A DNA stretch of 64,000 bases, from NCBI RefSeq assembly GCF_006345805.1, contig NC_043002.1, positions 108,004,001 to 108,068,000 on the forward strand, in the 5' to 3' direction. Source of the DNA: Octopus sinensis. Its lineage: Eukaryota. This document shows positions 50,564-64,000 of this stretch, in pieces (position 1 is the first letter of the stretch; each line of letters begins with the position of its first letter). Below the pieces are notes generated by a model that worked only from the letters and a program-made list of their open reading frames with translations, did no database searches and was not told the DNA's origin. Made by a program: the position numbers and the translations under genes.

Positions 50564-52816
50564 TGTTTAACATCCTACTGCTGGTAACTTGGAGATGCTT
50601 TCCATGCGGGGGCAACACTGTGAAGAATTCTAGTCAAACTGCCCCCAGTACTTATATCAGGCTCTTTTGCTGGACTGTTAAGTTATGAGGATGTAAACAA
50701 CCAACCAGTTTTCAATGGGTTGTAGGGAACACAACACACACACACACATACACACCAACAGGATTCAACCAAAATACATTAATTTCACGAGCAGGGTGTT
50801 ACCTTCATTGGATCAACTGCAATTCTATTCATCATAACCAACAGAATGCCAGTTTTATACACACACAACACACACGTATGAAACTCACTTGTTTCTAGGC
50901 AAGATAATATTTCCCACCCAGGCCAGACAGATTTTCACAGAAGACTACTGGAAATAAACGACACTACTTATATAACAGTGACATTCATTTACAACTATCA
51001 TGAGATATCAAGTCAAGGACACACACACACACATCTATATACATACATATATAACATTTACGACCAGCTTCTTTCAGTTTCCATCCATCAAATTTATTCA
51101 CAAGACTTTAGTCAGCTCAGGATTATAGTAGAAGACCATGCTCAAGGTGCCATGCAGTAGGACTGTATACACACACACACAGAGTTCTTATAATTCAACC
51201 AAAATACAAATTACTAATAATTCCGCACCCCACTTCCTTTCTCTCACAACCCCTGTTGTTACCGTTTTACCAAACCCTTCATGTCTCGCATCAAATTATT
51301 CTCCTCTTCTATAACTAAATTCTGTATCTATTTTATATCATTTTACTTTGTATTTTCTCATCCAATTTTTATACTAATGGCTTTTATTCACCTAAATATT
51401 TCTGTCTTTCAATCCAATTTTTAAACTACTCAAAGTATTTTTAAAGTATTTGCTTCTACACAAAGAAACCCACCTGCTGACTATTTTTTTTAAACATTAC
51501 TCCTTTCCCCAATTAGGAAACAAATTTCACCTCCTTCCCCCATCACTACACAACACAGACAACCAACTGATTATAAAGAAACAAATCAAAATCAAATCAA
51601 ATCAAATCAGATATCAGAAAGCAGAACCAAAATCGAAGTCGATCAACATCAATGGAAATTGCAGCTGTGATACCAGTGCCGGTGACAAGTAAGCGAATCA
51701 TCCGATTGTGGCCGTTGCCAGCGTCGCCCCAACTGGCCTCCGTGCCAGTGGCACGTAAAAAGCACCATCCGTTCGTGGCCGTTGCCTACCTCGCCTGGCC
51801 CCCGTGCAGGTGGCACATAAAAAGCACCATCCATCCGTGGCCGTTTGCCAGCTCCGTCTGGCACCTGTGCGGGTGGCACGTAAAAAGCACCCACTACACT
51901 CACGGAGTGGTTGGCGTTAGGAAGGGCATCCAGTCGTAGAAACACTGACAGATCAGACTGGGCCTGATGCAGCCTTCTGGCTTCACAGACCCCAGTTGAA
52001 CCGTCCAACCCATGCTAGCATGGAAAGTGGACGCTAAATGATGATGATGATGATGATGATTATCTTCCTTAATTTGGTGATTCTCAGCTCAAATGAAACT
52101 GGTCACCTGCTGACCAATATATCATCATTGTTCTAACATCCACTTCTCCATGCTCGCATGGCTCCGACAGAGTTCATTGAGGTAGATTTTCTGTGGCTAG
52201 ATGCCTTTCCTGTTGCCAACCTTCACTTGTTTCCAGGCAAGATAATATTTCTCCCAAGGCCAGACAGATTTTCACAGAAGACTACTGGAAACGAACGACA
52301 CTGCTTGTATAACAATGATACAACTATCATGTCAAGACAAGGACACACACACAGACAGACATCTATATACATACATATATAACATTTATGACAAGCTTCT
52401 TTCAGTTTCCATCCATCAAATCTATTCACAAGACTTTAGCCAGCTCAGGATTATAGTAAAAGACCATGCTTAAGGTGCCATGCAGTAGGACTACACACAC
52501 ACACTTCACTGTTCTTGTAATTGAACCAAATTTTTATTACTGTTTAGTAATAGATCATGCTTGATTGGTCAGATCAATTGTTGGCAATGACATTCTAGCC
52601 ATGACCAACCTGTCTTTCCAAACTGTACTATCTAATATGTCCTCCTTTTTAGACGGGGATACATTGTGGTTTAAGGTAGTTTTGGCTGCTATCACTTGTA
52701 GATCAAATGACAATGTACAAGCTTCCTCCTTATCTCATGTGGCTACAACGTTTCTGAGTTGACCACAACTTTAATGTGGACATAGTGGCAGTTCCATCTC
52801 ATATAAGAGAGCCATG

Positions 52817-53114
52817 TGGAGGAACATGGCCTAATGGTTAGAGCAGCGGACTAGCAGTCGAGGGATTGCAGGTTCGAATCTCAGACCGGGTGATGTGTGT
52901 GTTTATGAGCAAAACACCTAAGCCGCATGCAGTTCTGGCAGAAGGTAATGGCGAACTTCTGCTGACTCTTTCACAACTTTCTCTCACTCTTTCCTCCTGC
53001 ATCTTGCAGGTCACCTGCGACGGACCAGCGTCCCGTCCAGGTGGAGAACCTATACGCCAAGGAAACCGGGAAACCGGCCCTTATGAGCCAGGCATGGCTC
53101 GAGAAGGAACAAAC
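52817..53114 (+). mobile_element. Related tRNA-headed SINE with a different 3' half, 12-bp TSD
   Basis: Head similar to the OR-type copies; tail ..gagccaggcatggctcgagaaggaacaaac; AAGAGAGCCATG at 52805-52816 and 53115-53126. Confidence 0.82.
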
Positions 53115-54289
53115 AAGAGAGCCATGCTCTAATATGGTTCCACTTGAGATTTGGAGGGAATCAGCATTGAGCAATGAAAACTGAACTAGTTTCTGAGCTT
53201 TAAGAGGAATCTTTAAGCTGCAGATCTTACAACAAATCATGTGTAAGTCTGCTGTTTGCCATCTCAGATCATTCAGTGATGGTTAGGGTTAGTATTTACA
53301 GCAACTTTTCAGGGTTTTAGGTGTTCATGTCTAAGTAGGATATAGGGAAATGTCGAGTGATTGTTTCTTGTAGATGAAGGAGAAGAGACTGAGCAAGAAG
53401 ACATTTTCAAGAGTTGTCATATAACCATTGCAAATATTTTCAAACATTCAACTATTTAAAAGAGAACTGTGAATATGTCTGTCTGTCTGTCAGTAAATCT
53501 TTAAATGGCTGTTCTAAGACGCTGCCCAAATAGTTTCAAGCCACACAAGATGAAGGTATGAGCCAACACTGTGAAATTCTCATTGGACATTCTTGCTTAG
53601 ATAACTTTATGGTAGTCTCAGCTATCTTTTCCTCTTGGATTGCCCAAAACTTAGAGAATAGTAATCAGTTGTGAGTTGATTCCTGACAATGTGTGTGTGT
53701 GTGTGTTGTGGCTGGGTGAAAGTAAGAGCGAGGGAGAAACAGAAATGGCCTGTGGTTGTGTTTAGAGGTGTACGGGGTGTATCAGGTTTTTTGAGGTCAT
53801 TTGTATGAATTTAGACAAGAAATGCTTATCAAAGAAAAGCTGTGTTTGGAAACAAGTTGCTAGAAATAATCTTGAGGATCCTTTAATCACACCTATTCAA
53901 TGAATCCACTGCTAGCATCAATGGCTGCTTCAAAACAAGGTTGGAAGCGTTGACATGTCTGAAGGAGATGATCTTTATCAATTTTGGACAAAATGTTGGT
54001 TATAGCAGACTTGAGAGATTATGTGGTGGAATGGGGGGGGGGGGATTATCCCTTTAGTGTTCAGATTATTCTATCAAGCATAATGCTTATTGATTCACAT
54101 TGATTTGAATTAATTATGCATTATCTCATATCTTCAAGATCTTGATGGTGTAATTATCTAATGTAGAATAACATTGTAGGGTAGGTGTGAGAGCCTGGAT
54201 CTGGTCAGTTTGAACATAAAACAGATTAACTATTTTGGCCGGATATGGCTGGTTTAAATACTAAAGGGTTGTTGTCCTCTCTTTTGACT

Positions 54290-54640
54290 AGATTCCATAT
54301 GTAATAGAGTCCTGTGGATTGAGGTCTGGCGAGCTTAGAGGTCATGTGTCTGGAAGAACAGGATCATGGAAATTAGCACACATCTACACTTGGGTTCTCC
54401 TAGCATTATGAGACCGCACAGAGACTTGTTGGAAGACACACGGTCCTCCATTGCATACTTTGTCTATCCAATGCCTCACAACTTTCTCTAACACGTCTGT
54501 GTAGACAGCAGCATTGCCTCTTAAGCCCTGTGAAAAACTGTGATGGGGAGGCATGACATCTCCCAGAACCATTAGAGTTTCTGGGAACTTAGTATGCATT
54601 TGGGCCTCTGCATAATTCTTTGTTGCTGCTTCAGTTTACC
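54290..54640 (-). mobile_element. Tc1/mariner (maT/DD37D-like) transposase remnant
   Basis: HTKFPETLMVLGDVMPP..FQQ..SSPDLNP, with stops. Confidence 0.7.
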
Positions 54641-55786
54641 TTTTGGTTCTGGCAGAATCAAGCATGAATATCTGATCATCATCGTTTCTCACTGAAGTAC
54701 ATTTCTTCCTTTTAAACAACATGTGTGCATAACACGTGATTCACTGACGTAGGAGTGGGGCGAGACACCATGGGGTTTCACCCTCAGTCAAAGCTACCCC
54801 CAGATCGATGAATTCTTTTATTCGTTTGTTTCAGTCATTTGACTGCAGCCATCCTGGAGCACCGCCTTTAGTCGAGCATATCGACCCTAAGACTTATTCT
54901 TTGTAAGCCTAGTACTTATTCTATCGGTCTCCCTTGCCAAACCACTAAGTGACAGGGACGTAAACACACCAGCATTGGTGTCAAGCGATGTTGGGTGGAC
55001 AAACACTTACACAAAAACATATACATACATATATATATATACGATGGGCTTCTTTCAGTTTCCGTCTACCAAATCCACTCACAAGGCTTTGGTCAGCCTG
55101 AGGTTATAGTAGAAGACACTTGCCCAAGGTGCCACGCACTGGGACTGAACCTGGAACCATGTGGTTGGTAAGCAAACTACTTACCACACAGCGACTCCTG
55201 TGCCTATAGGAATCTAAATAAGAACAGTGGGACTTGTTTATAGAAAAAAAAAAAAAAAAAAAATGGGGGGGGGGCTGATATGTGCCAAACAGAAAATAAA
55301 TTATGGGGTGCAGGAAGAACAGCAAAAGTCCAAACAATAATGTTATCAAAATTCCATGGCATCTCAAAGTTGCCTTTAGCTAATGAATCACGTGTTATGG
55401 GCACATATCATCTAAGGGGAGGAGGTGTTCTCTGATGACGAAATTACAACAGCGATCAGATATTCACATTCAAATCTGCCAGAGAGTATTAAAAATGGAT
55501 ACATCATTGTTTATATTTTGTAAACCTCATGAATTATTTCTGCTTTGGTATTTGAATAATCTATTATTATCTCTGTTGATAATCAGTTAAGTAGTACTTG
55601 TTGTTGAGTAGGACTGATAACAACTCAAGTGTTATGTGCAGCAGGGGGGGGGAGGGGGTGAGAGAGAGCAACTGTTAATTTGTTGTTTGTTATTTTTTTA
55701 ATATCATATTTACAAAATACCAGTAATACTCAAGGCAGAGGACATTTGGAAAAACAAAAAATACAGCTCTCTTCTACCTCAGCCAT

Positions 55787-56190
55787 CTTTACTCTTTACT
55801 CTTTTACTTGTTTCAGTCATTTGACTGCAGCCATGCTGGAGCACCGCCTTTAGTCGAGCAAATCGACCCCGGGACTTATTCTTTGTAAGCCCAGTTCTTA
55901 TTCTATCGGTCTCTTTTGCCGAACCGCTAAGTGATGGGGACGTAACACACCAGCATCGGTTGTCAAGCAATGCTAGGGGGACAAACACAGACACACAAAC
56001 ATATACACACACACTTATATATATATACATATATACGACAGGCTTCTTTCAGTTTCCGTCTACCAAATCCACTCACAAGGCTAGCCCGGGGCTATAGCAG
56101 AAGACACTTGCCCAAGATGCCACGCAGTGGGACTGAACCCGGTACCATGTGGTTGGTTAGCAAGCTACTTACCACACAGCCACTCCTGCG
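55787..56190 (-). mobile_element. SINE family A
   Basis: Consensus match. Confidence 0.85.
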
Positions 56191-57678
56191 TCTTCGTTTC
56201 ATTCTCATAACTAATAATCCTTTCTACTATAGACACAAGACCAGAAACTTGTGGGGAGGGGGCCAGTCAAGTAGATCAACCTCAGTATGCAACTGGTACT
56301 TAATTTATCGACCCCGAAAGGATGAAAGGCAAAGTTGACCTTGGCGGAATATTATCATAGCTAATAATGATAGCAATCTTTTCTGCATAGGCACAAGGCT
56401 TGAAATTTTAAAGGGGAGGGGGGGCTAATTGATTACATGAACCTCAGTGTTTAACTGGTATTTATTTTATTGACCTCCAAAAGGATGAAAGCCATGGTTA
56501 ATCTCAACAATAATAATAAATAATAATAACAATAATAATAATAATAATAACAAGAGCACTCGGAGAGTGCAAACCTCCACCAAGGCAACATCAATGCCCT
56601 CTCAATGATTAGCCAGAGATGATTTTTAAAATGAGAATATCTGAAATAAACTCAACTGCTCTCACAATCGAGAATACTAAAAATGAACTCAACAGCTCTC
56701 AAAAATTAAGTAAAAAAAACAGGAAAAATAATCCAGAATCCTTGTCTGGTACCGGATCAATCCCAAAATCTAATCACTTCGTGCCAGTCATGAGGTCAAA
56801 TAGCCCTGGAAATTTCATCCAAATCCATCCAGCGGTTCTTGAGATATCTTGTCCAAGGACAAACAAACGTGACCGAAAACAAAACCTCTGCTTGCACTAA
56901 GGCGGAGTTAATAAAAGAAATATAAATATATATATTTACAATAAAATCTAAAACATATAATTCTAGATCTATTAAAATAGTAGCAGTTCTATACAAACTG
57001 ACAACTTTAACATACCTTGTTCATTCAAGTGAACCATAGTCAATTGATTCCTGGCTATACACACCTGTACATCCACACACCTGACTGGTAACACCAATGT
57101 ACAGTCTGCACTCCCACACAACATTCCAATACTTCCCACCCACTCTTTCTTTAGATCAATGCTGAAAGACGGCCCAGGGTTGTACAAATGTTGAACTGGT
57201 CTCTATACTGCAGGTCAGTTCATTCATTTGTAGAAACCATCATTCTTTTGTTTCAGTCATTTAACTGCGGCCATGCTGGAGCACAGTGTTTTAGTTATAG
57301 AAATTAACCCCTGGAGTTATTCTTTGTAAGTATATCACTTATTCTATTGGTCTCTTTTGCTGAACCACTAAGTTACGGGGATGTAAACACACCAACATCA
57401 GTTGTCAAGCTATGGTGGTGGTGGTGGGGGACAAACACAAACACATGCATATGTATATATATGTATGTATGTACGTATGTGCGTGCGTGTATATGTTTGC
57501 GTGTCTGTGTTTGTCCCCCAACATCACTTGACAACCAATGCTGGTGTGTTTACCAAAAACATGGTTCCGGGTTCAGTCCCACAGTGTGGCACCTTGTGCA
57601 AGTGTCTTCTACTATAACCTCGGGCTGACCAAAGCCTTGTGAGTGGATTTGGTAGACGGAAACTGAAAGAAGCCCATC

Positions 57679-57790
<112 letters not shown>

Positions 57791-58012
57791 ATGTTTTTGT
57801 ATGTGTGTTTGTCCACCCAACATTGCTTGACACCAATGCTGGTGTGTTTACGTCCCCGTAACTTAGCGGTTCGGCAAAAGAAACTGATAGAATAAGTACT
57901 AGGCTTACAAAGAATAAGTCCTGGGGTCAAGTTGTTCAACTGAAGGTGGTGCTCCAGCATGGCTGCAGTCAAAATGACTGAAACAAGTAAAAGAATAAAA
58001 GAATATATATAA

Positions 58013-58210
58013 ATATTGTTGGCGATTTTTTTTTCCCTCCTTCTTCCTTTTCTCTTGGACATTCCTCAGTCTCCTGTTTCTGAAGAAGAGCTTTGCTCGA
58101 AATGTAAAACAACCACTCTTTCTTTCTTTCTCTGAGCATCTCATTAATACTTTGCATGTACCACGTCTTCACATTGTTGATTTTTTCTTTTTTGTTTTTT
58201 TTAATTAATT
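58013..58210 (+). mobile_element. Short repeat carrying a hammerhead, probably Penelope-related
   Basis: T-rich element around the 58075 hammerhead; single copy here, so repeat status and boundaries are inferred. Confidence 0.4.
58075..58111 (+). ncRNA. Minimal type I hammerhead motif in a second, unrelated repeat
   Basis: UGUUU-CUGAAGA-A-GAGC-UUU-GCUC-GAAAU-GUA-AAACA: stem I UGUUU/AAACA, stem II GAGC/GCUC, GUA triplet; stem III has a probable C>T change. Confidence 0.6.
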
Positions 58211-59160
58211 ATACACACACATATACACACACACACACATATATATATACGATGGGCTTCTTTCAGTTTCCGTCTATCAAACCCACTCGCAATGCTTTGG
58301 TCAGCCCGAGATTATAGCAGAAGACACTTGCCCAAGGTGCCATGCAGTGGGACTGAACCCAGAACCATGTAGTTAGGAAGCAAGCTTCTTACCACACGGC
58401 CACTTCTGCACCTACACATATATTTATATACATACATACATACATATACATATTCGTATATATATGTATAGCTCGGTTGGTTTTTACCTTTCTCCTTTCT
58501 AATACCAATAAAGAACTTACACTAAGTATTTGGTGGAGTCAATAGAATTCATGGAAATCTCTAGAAGGGTAGTTTTGTAATACAGTCATGCTCCAATCAC
58601 TTGAAACAAAACGAAAAATAAATCAAAGTAGAAATTCCTTTTGGTGATACTCTACCCCACCCCCCACCACACACCCCCACCTCACCCAAACTATGACTGT
58701 AAATGGAACTTTGAATAAAGAAATAAAAAGCTAAAACAAAGCAATTTATTTATGAATGTAAGTTGGTGTCAAGAGAACACTCCTGCAGTTCCATTATGTC
58801 AATAAATGATATGAAAGTTGGGAAGATCTACTTCAGGCTCAGCTCTTTGCTTTGTTATGGCTTCTATACCTGATTAATGCCCTTCCTAATATCAACCACT
58901 TTACAGAGTGTGTATCTGTGTGTGTGTGTGTATATATATCATTCTTTTACTCTTTTACTTGTTTCAGTCATTTGACTGCGACCATGCTGGAGCAACACCT
59001 TTTTAGTCGAGCAAATCAACCCCAGGACTTATTCTTTGTAAGCCTAGTATTTATTCCATTGGTCTCTCTTTGCCAAACCGCTAAGCTACGAGGACGTAAA
59101 CACACCAGCATCGAATGTCAAGCAATGTTGGGGGAACAAACACAGACATAGAAACACTCA

Positions 59161-59219
<59 letters not shown>

Positions 59220-59419
59220 GTATATATATACATATTTACAACGGGCTTCTTTCAGTTTCTGTCTACCAAATCCACTCGCAAGGCTTTGGTCAGCCTGAGG
59301 CTATAGTAGAAGACACTTGCCCAAGGTGCCGTGCAGTGGGACTGAACCCAGAACCATGTGGTTGGTAAGCAAGCTTCTTACCACAGCCACTCCTGTGCCG
59401 GCATCACCATCTTTGTTGT

Positions 59420-59985
59420 TGTCGTCGTTTCACATCTGCTTTCCATGCCAGCATGGGTTGGACAGTTTGACTGAGGACTGGCAAACTGGGAGGCTACACC
59501 AGGCTCCAATCTGATCTGGCAAGGTTTCCACAGCTTGATGCCCTTCCTAATGCCAACCACTCCAAGAGCGTAGTGGGTGCTTTTACATGCCACCAGCACG
59601 GGAGCCAGTCAGGTGGCACTGGCATTGACCATGACTATGATTTCACTTGGTTCAACAGGTCTTCACAAGCACAGCATATTGCCCAACGTTTGAAGGGTGT
59701 TTTTAAATGGCCCAGTTATGCAACACTGGCATCAGTCACAGTTACGGTCTTATTTGGTTTGCCGGTTCTTCTAAAGCACAGCATATCTCCAAAAGTCAGT
59801 CGCTTGTCATTGCCTCTGTGAGTCCCAATGTTCACCACCCCAACCCATGTTTTCCTGGGTCTACCTCTTCCACAGGTTCCCTCCACAGTTAGGGTGTGAC
59901 ACTTCTCTATACCTCTGTCCTCATCCATACGCATCGCATGACCATACAAGCGCAGTCATCTCACTTGCACACCACATCTGAGGCT
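59420..59985 (-). mobile_element. RTE-superfamily LINE 3' end: ORF2 C-terminus joined to the family C UTR
   Basis: YGHAMRMDEDRGIEKCHTLTVEGTCGRGRPRKTW precedes the family C tail; similar at 12815-13400 and 38818-39325. Confidence 0.75.
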
Positions 59986-60757
59986 TCTTATATCCAACCT
60001 TTCTCACTGTTCAATATTAGCAGGTGTATGTGTGTGTGTGTATATACACACATACATACATACACACATGCTAATATTGAACAGTGAGAATGAGTGCTCA
60101 ACACTGCATTGGTGGATAAATATATTTTTGTTTGTGGTGAATGAGGGAACCGATGGTTTCAAGTGAAGAGATCTTCACAATTGTTTAAACGTGCCTCACA
60201 TTTCAACCCAAGAAAAGTTTGTTTTTTGGGGGTGAGGGGATGTGTTTAATCTATAAATATTTTACCTGGTTTGAATATTCTAAGAAAACCTATGAGCCTT
60301 TAAACCCTTTTGATACAAATCCCTTCTGGAAACTGCTCCTAGTTCTATGATAGAACCTTCTTTTAAAGTGATCGAAAATAAAACAGTCCCTCATAATTTC
60401 ATGACAGGCTTCTTTCAGGTTGCGTCTACCAAATCCACTCACAAGGCTTTGGTCGACCTGAGGCTATAGTAGAAGACACTTGCTATAGTAGAAGACATCT
60501 TCCAGATGCCAACTTAATAATAACTGAATTATTTTACCAAAGTCTTCATTATTTTAAAAATTAACTGAAACAAAAGTAGTGGATTTCTACAGAAAAATGG
60601 TAAGGAAAGGGCTTAAACATTCAACATTTCCAATTTCTACAACTCTGTGAACTTGCAGCAGCCCTAAGGGGACAATCAGCGCTGCTCTATGCAGTCATTC
60701 AATCAGCTAGAAATAGCAGTCAAATTTCCTTTTTTTTTTTTTTTTAAATCCACACTT

Positions 60758-61158
60758 ATAGGCGCAGGAGTGGCTGTGTGGTAAGTAGCTTATTTACCAA
60801 CCGCATGGTTCCGGGTTCAGTCCCACTGCGTGGCACCTTGGGAAAGTGTCTACTACTATAGCCACGGGCCGACCAAAGCCTTGTGAGTGGATTTGGTAGA
60901 CGGAAACTGAAAGAAGCCCGTCGTATATATGTATATATATGTATGCGTGTGTGTGTTTGTATGTCTGTGTTTGTCACCCTAGCATTGCTTGACAACCGAT
61001 GCTGGTGTGTTTATGTCCCCGTTGCTTAGCGGTTCGGCAAAAGAGACCAATAGAATAAGTACTGGGCTTACAAAAGAATAAGTCCCAGGGTCGAGTTGCT
61101 CGATTAAAGGCGGTGCTCCAGCATGGCTGCAGTCAAATGACTGAAACAAGTAAAAGAG
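60758..61158 (+). mobile_element. SINE family A, full length
   Basis: Consensus match; tail runs into (AG)n. Confidence 0.9.
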
Positions 61159-61626
61159 AGAGAGAGAGAGAGTACTGTATAATTCAGATTAATCTAAGCT
61201 AGGTCTGAAAATAAAACAGGAATGGTCACAGCTGGTGTTTTTGATTATAAAAGGTCTACCTGAGCATGGCTGACCTGAAACTAAAACAACAACTGCAATA
61301 ATCAATCTTCGAAATAATTTGTACAAAACCTGTTCATGTTATATGTTGGAACTATTATGAATTCGAGAGAGACATGTTTGTCCTGAGGTCGGAATATTCC
61401 TATGTTAAAATGCAGAAAGACGTCAGTGAGTAGGAGTGAGTATACGATATAAATAACTTGCCAAACCTTGTGAGGGTAGTTCAATCTGCTAGAAACGGCA
61501 GTTACATCTCACTTCAATACTACTCTACCATTATATAAAATATGGTTCAAATATGCTGAGCCTGGAAGTAAAAGACAGGATAGTCAAAGCTAGAATTCTT
61601 TGACCAAAGGACTAATCCAACAAGTC

Positions 61627-62009
61627 AGGAGGCGCAATGGCCCAGTGGTTAGGGCAGCGGACTCGCGGTCGTAGGATCGCGGTTTCGATTCCCAGACCGG
61701 GCGTTGTGAGTGTTTATTGAGAGAAAACACCTAAAGCTCCATGAGGCTCCGGCAGGGGATGGTGGTGATCCCTGCTGTACTCTTTCACCACAACTTTCTC
61801 TCACTCTTACTTCCTGTTTCTGTTGTGCCTGTATTTCAAAGGGCCGGCCTTGTCACTCTCTGTGTCACACTGAATATCCTCGAGAACTACGTTAAGGGTA
61901 CACGTGTCTGTGGAGTGCTCAGCCACTTACACGTTAATTTCACAAGCAGGCTGTTCCGTTGATTTGGATCAACCGGAACCCTCGTCGTCGTAACCGACGG
62001 AGTGCTTCC
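61627..62009 (+). mobile_element. Same OR-type SINE with 13-bp TSD
   Basis: Highly similar to 27743-28127; AATCCAACAAGTC at 61614-61626 and 62010-62022. Confidence 0.88.
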
Positions 62010-62292
62010 AATCCAACAAGTCTAACCTAAGGCAACAACATTCTTCAGTTGTAAGTTTCTTACTGTTAGAATTCTGCCAACCAATTCTGTGTCCTCCACA
62101 CACAAATCCTTAGTCCATTTTAATGTTGGGACTATATGTTCAAAAATTAAACATATGAGGGGTGGGTGTAAAATGAGGGAGACAATGATGTTCTTCAGCT
62201 TGATAGAAAAAGTGCATTCCAACAGAAATATGGTAATAAAGGGGTTAATTTATTGGAATGTGTTGATTTTTGCTTAATTAAAATACAATTAA

Positions 62293-62512
62293 CCCTTTAG
62301 CATTTAAACCGGCCATATCCGGCCAAAATATTCTACATGATTTATGTTCAAATTGGCCAAATCTAGTTTCTAACAGCTTTCATACAATGTCATACTAAAA
62401 GCAAACAATCACTTCATTGAAATCTCAAAGTTACAAGACAATGCATGATTAATTCAAAAGAATGTGAAGAAATAAATATTATATTTAACAGAATAATCTG
62501 AATGCTAAAGGG
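62293..62512. mobile_element. piggyBac-type MITE family E (220 bp)
   Basis: TTAA-CCCTTTAGCATT ... AATGCTAAAGGG-TTAA; other copies at 34059-34657 (interrupted) and about 54050-54269. Confidence 0.85.
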
Positions 62513-62769
62513 TTAAAACAATGCAGCAAGCACTTGTAAATCTGTGATTTCTACATTCTTTGCAAAAACCCCTCATGTTGGAAACCATTCTCTCAATGTA
62601 AGATTCAACATTGAATATCAGAGCTAGGCAGAGGAATGGTCAGTAGGTTGTTCTGGGTCACTGTTCAGTTTACTATCTCAGGGTTATTGATCTTCTTGAT
62701 TATCACGGACCTCAGGTTAAACAACTCCATCTTCCATTCCATTGTTCTCACAGACCCTTCCTCATTTAA

Positions 62770-62991
62770 CCCTTTCGGTACCAACCTGGCTGAAGCCAGC
62801 TCTGGCTCTGTAGTACAAATGTCTTGTTTTCAAAAGTTCTGAATTAAAACGTTCCATTAAACCTTGGTCACAATTTATGTTCCTAACACTAGCTCAATCA
62901 TAACTAAGTTATTTTACTAAATTCTTTGCTATATCTAAAATTAATTGAAAGAAATACAGAGCATCTCAATAGAAATATGGTAACAAAAGGG
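62770..62991. mobile_element. piggyBac-type MITE family F
   Basis: TTAA-CCCTTT ... AAAGGG-TTAA; body matches 25194-25409. Confidence 0.82.
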
Positions 62992-64000
62992 TTAAAATAT
63001 ATAATAGAGAAACAATTCTGGTGCCATAATCTAATACATTAATACACTCTGTAAAGTGTTTGATGTTAGAAAGGACATCCAGTCATAGAAATCATAGTAA
63101 AGTAGAATGTTGAAGCAAGAGGTGAGGCTCTGAACAATCTATTAGGGAAATAACTCCATGTGGGAACTGACTCAGAAAGTGACTGCCCATCTAATCCATG
63201 CCAGTATGAAAAAGTAGAAGTAAAATCATGGTGATGAATGTTAACAGTTCAAATAATGGAATAAATGCTATACTGTGAGAAAGAAGAGAATATCAGGTAA
63301 AAATAAATGGTCTACTAATGTTGGATAAATATACTGGAAGAAAGTTTTATCTTTCAACACCAGTAGGCACTATATCTCAAACAAAGGCTGCTATACATAG
63401 TACCAAAATTCTTCACCTCTCTGTATTACCATTTTCTCTCACAAAACACAACCAATTTCCTTAGATTCTACCATTTTATAAGATAATCTTGGTTTTTTAG
63501 AGTGACACAATGGTTACACTTTCATAAGGGAGGGTATAGACCGTCTGTTAGCTATTTATTCATCTTGTTGACCTTGGACAGATAAAGTTGGCCTCCAGCA
63601 TCAGGATTTTAACTCAGGAGAGAGGCAGAACTATAAAATGGTAATTGTTTAATCTACAACTCTAGTAATACTCAACACCACTTTAAACAGAGCAACCTTT
63701 TAGCACAACGTCCTACAGTATTTATTTTCCTACAAAGGCGAGTTGGCAGAAACGTTAGCACAGTGGGTGAAATGCCTAGCGGTATTTCGTCTGTCTTTAA
63801 GTTCTGAGTTCAAATTCCGCCATAGTCAACTTTGCCTGTCATCCTTTCGGGGTCGATAAATTAAGTACCAGTTACGCACTGGGATCGATGTAATCGACTT
63901 AATACCTATGTCTGTCCTTAATACCTATGTCCGTCCAACCCATGCTAGCATGGAAAATGGACGCTAAATGATGATGATGATGTTGTAGCCATCAAACAGA

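Noticed and set aside
49954-50618. Long ORFs of 100-218 aa
   Set aside because: Translations of the GA tract (ER or SL repeats).
57016-57207. Possible 5' UTR exon (ctgcag ... CAAG|gtatgt); similar candidates near 21310-21440 and 23670-23848
   Set aside because: Splice-like signals alone are common; no homology or transcript evidence available.

Overview
AT-rich, repeat-saturated animal genomic DNA. The SINE/LINE families look like those of Octopus (recognised from memory, not database-checked). The only host coding sequence I can support is the first two coding exons of a minus-strand TMEM63/OSCA (CSC1-like) mechanosensitive channel (17630-17785 and 11766-11848). Exon 3 was not found and probably lies left of position 1. 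The rest is intron or upstream DNA. It is filled with at least five tRNA-headed SINE families, RTE/RTE-X and CR1 LINE 3' fragments, Tc1/mariner-type transposase remnants, piggyBac- and pogo-type MITEs, a 26-copy 61-62 bp minisatellite, two near-perfect tandem duplications and microsatellites. Most interesting: a tRNA-headed SINE-like family (six copies) whose 3' module contains a minimal type I hammerhead ribozyme fold of the kind known from Penelope-like elements. Twice it occurs as a head-to-head inverted dimer inside one target-site duplication. A second, unrelated repeat carries a similar hammerhead. All calls were made by eye and need Dfam/Rfam/BLAST confirmation.
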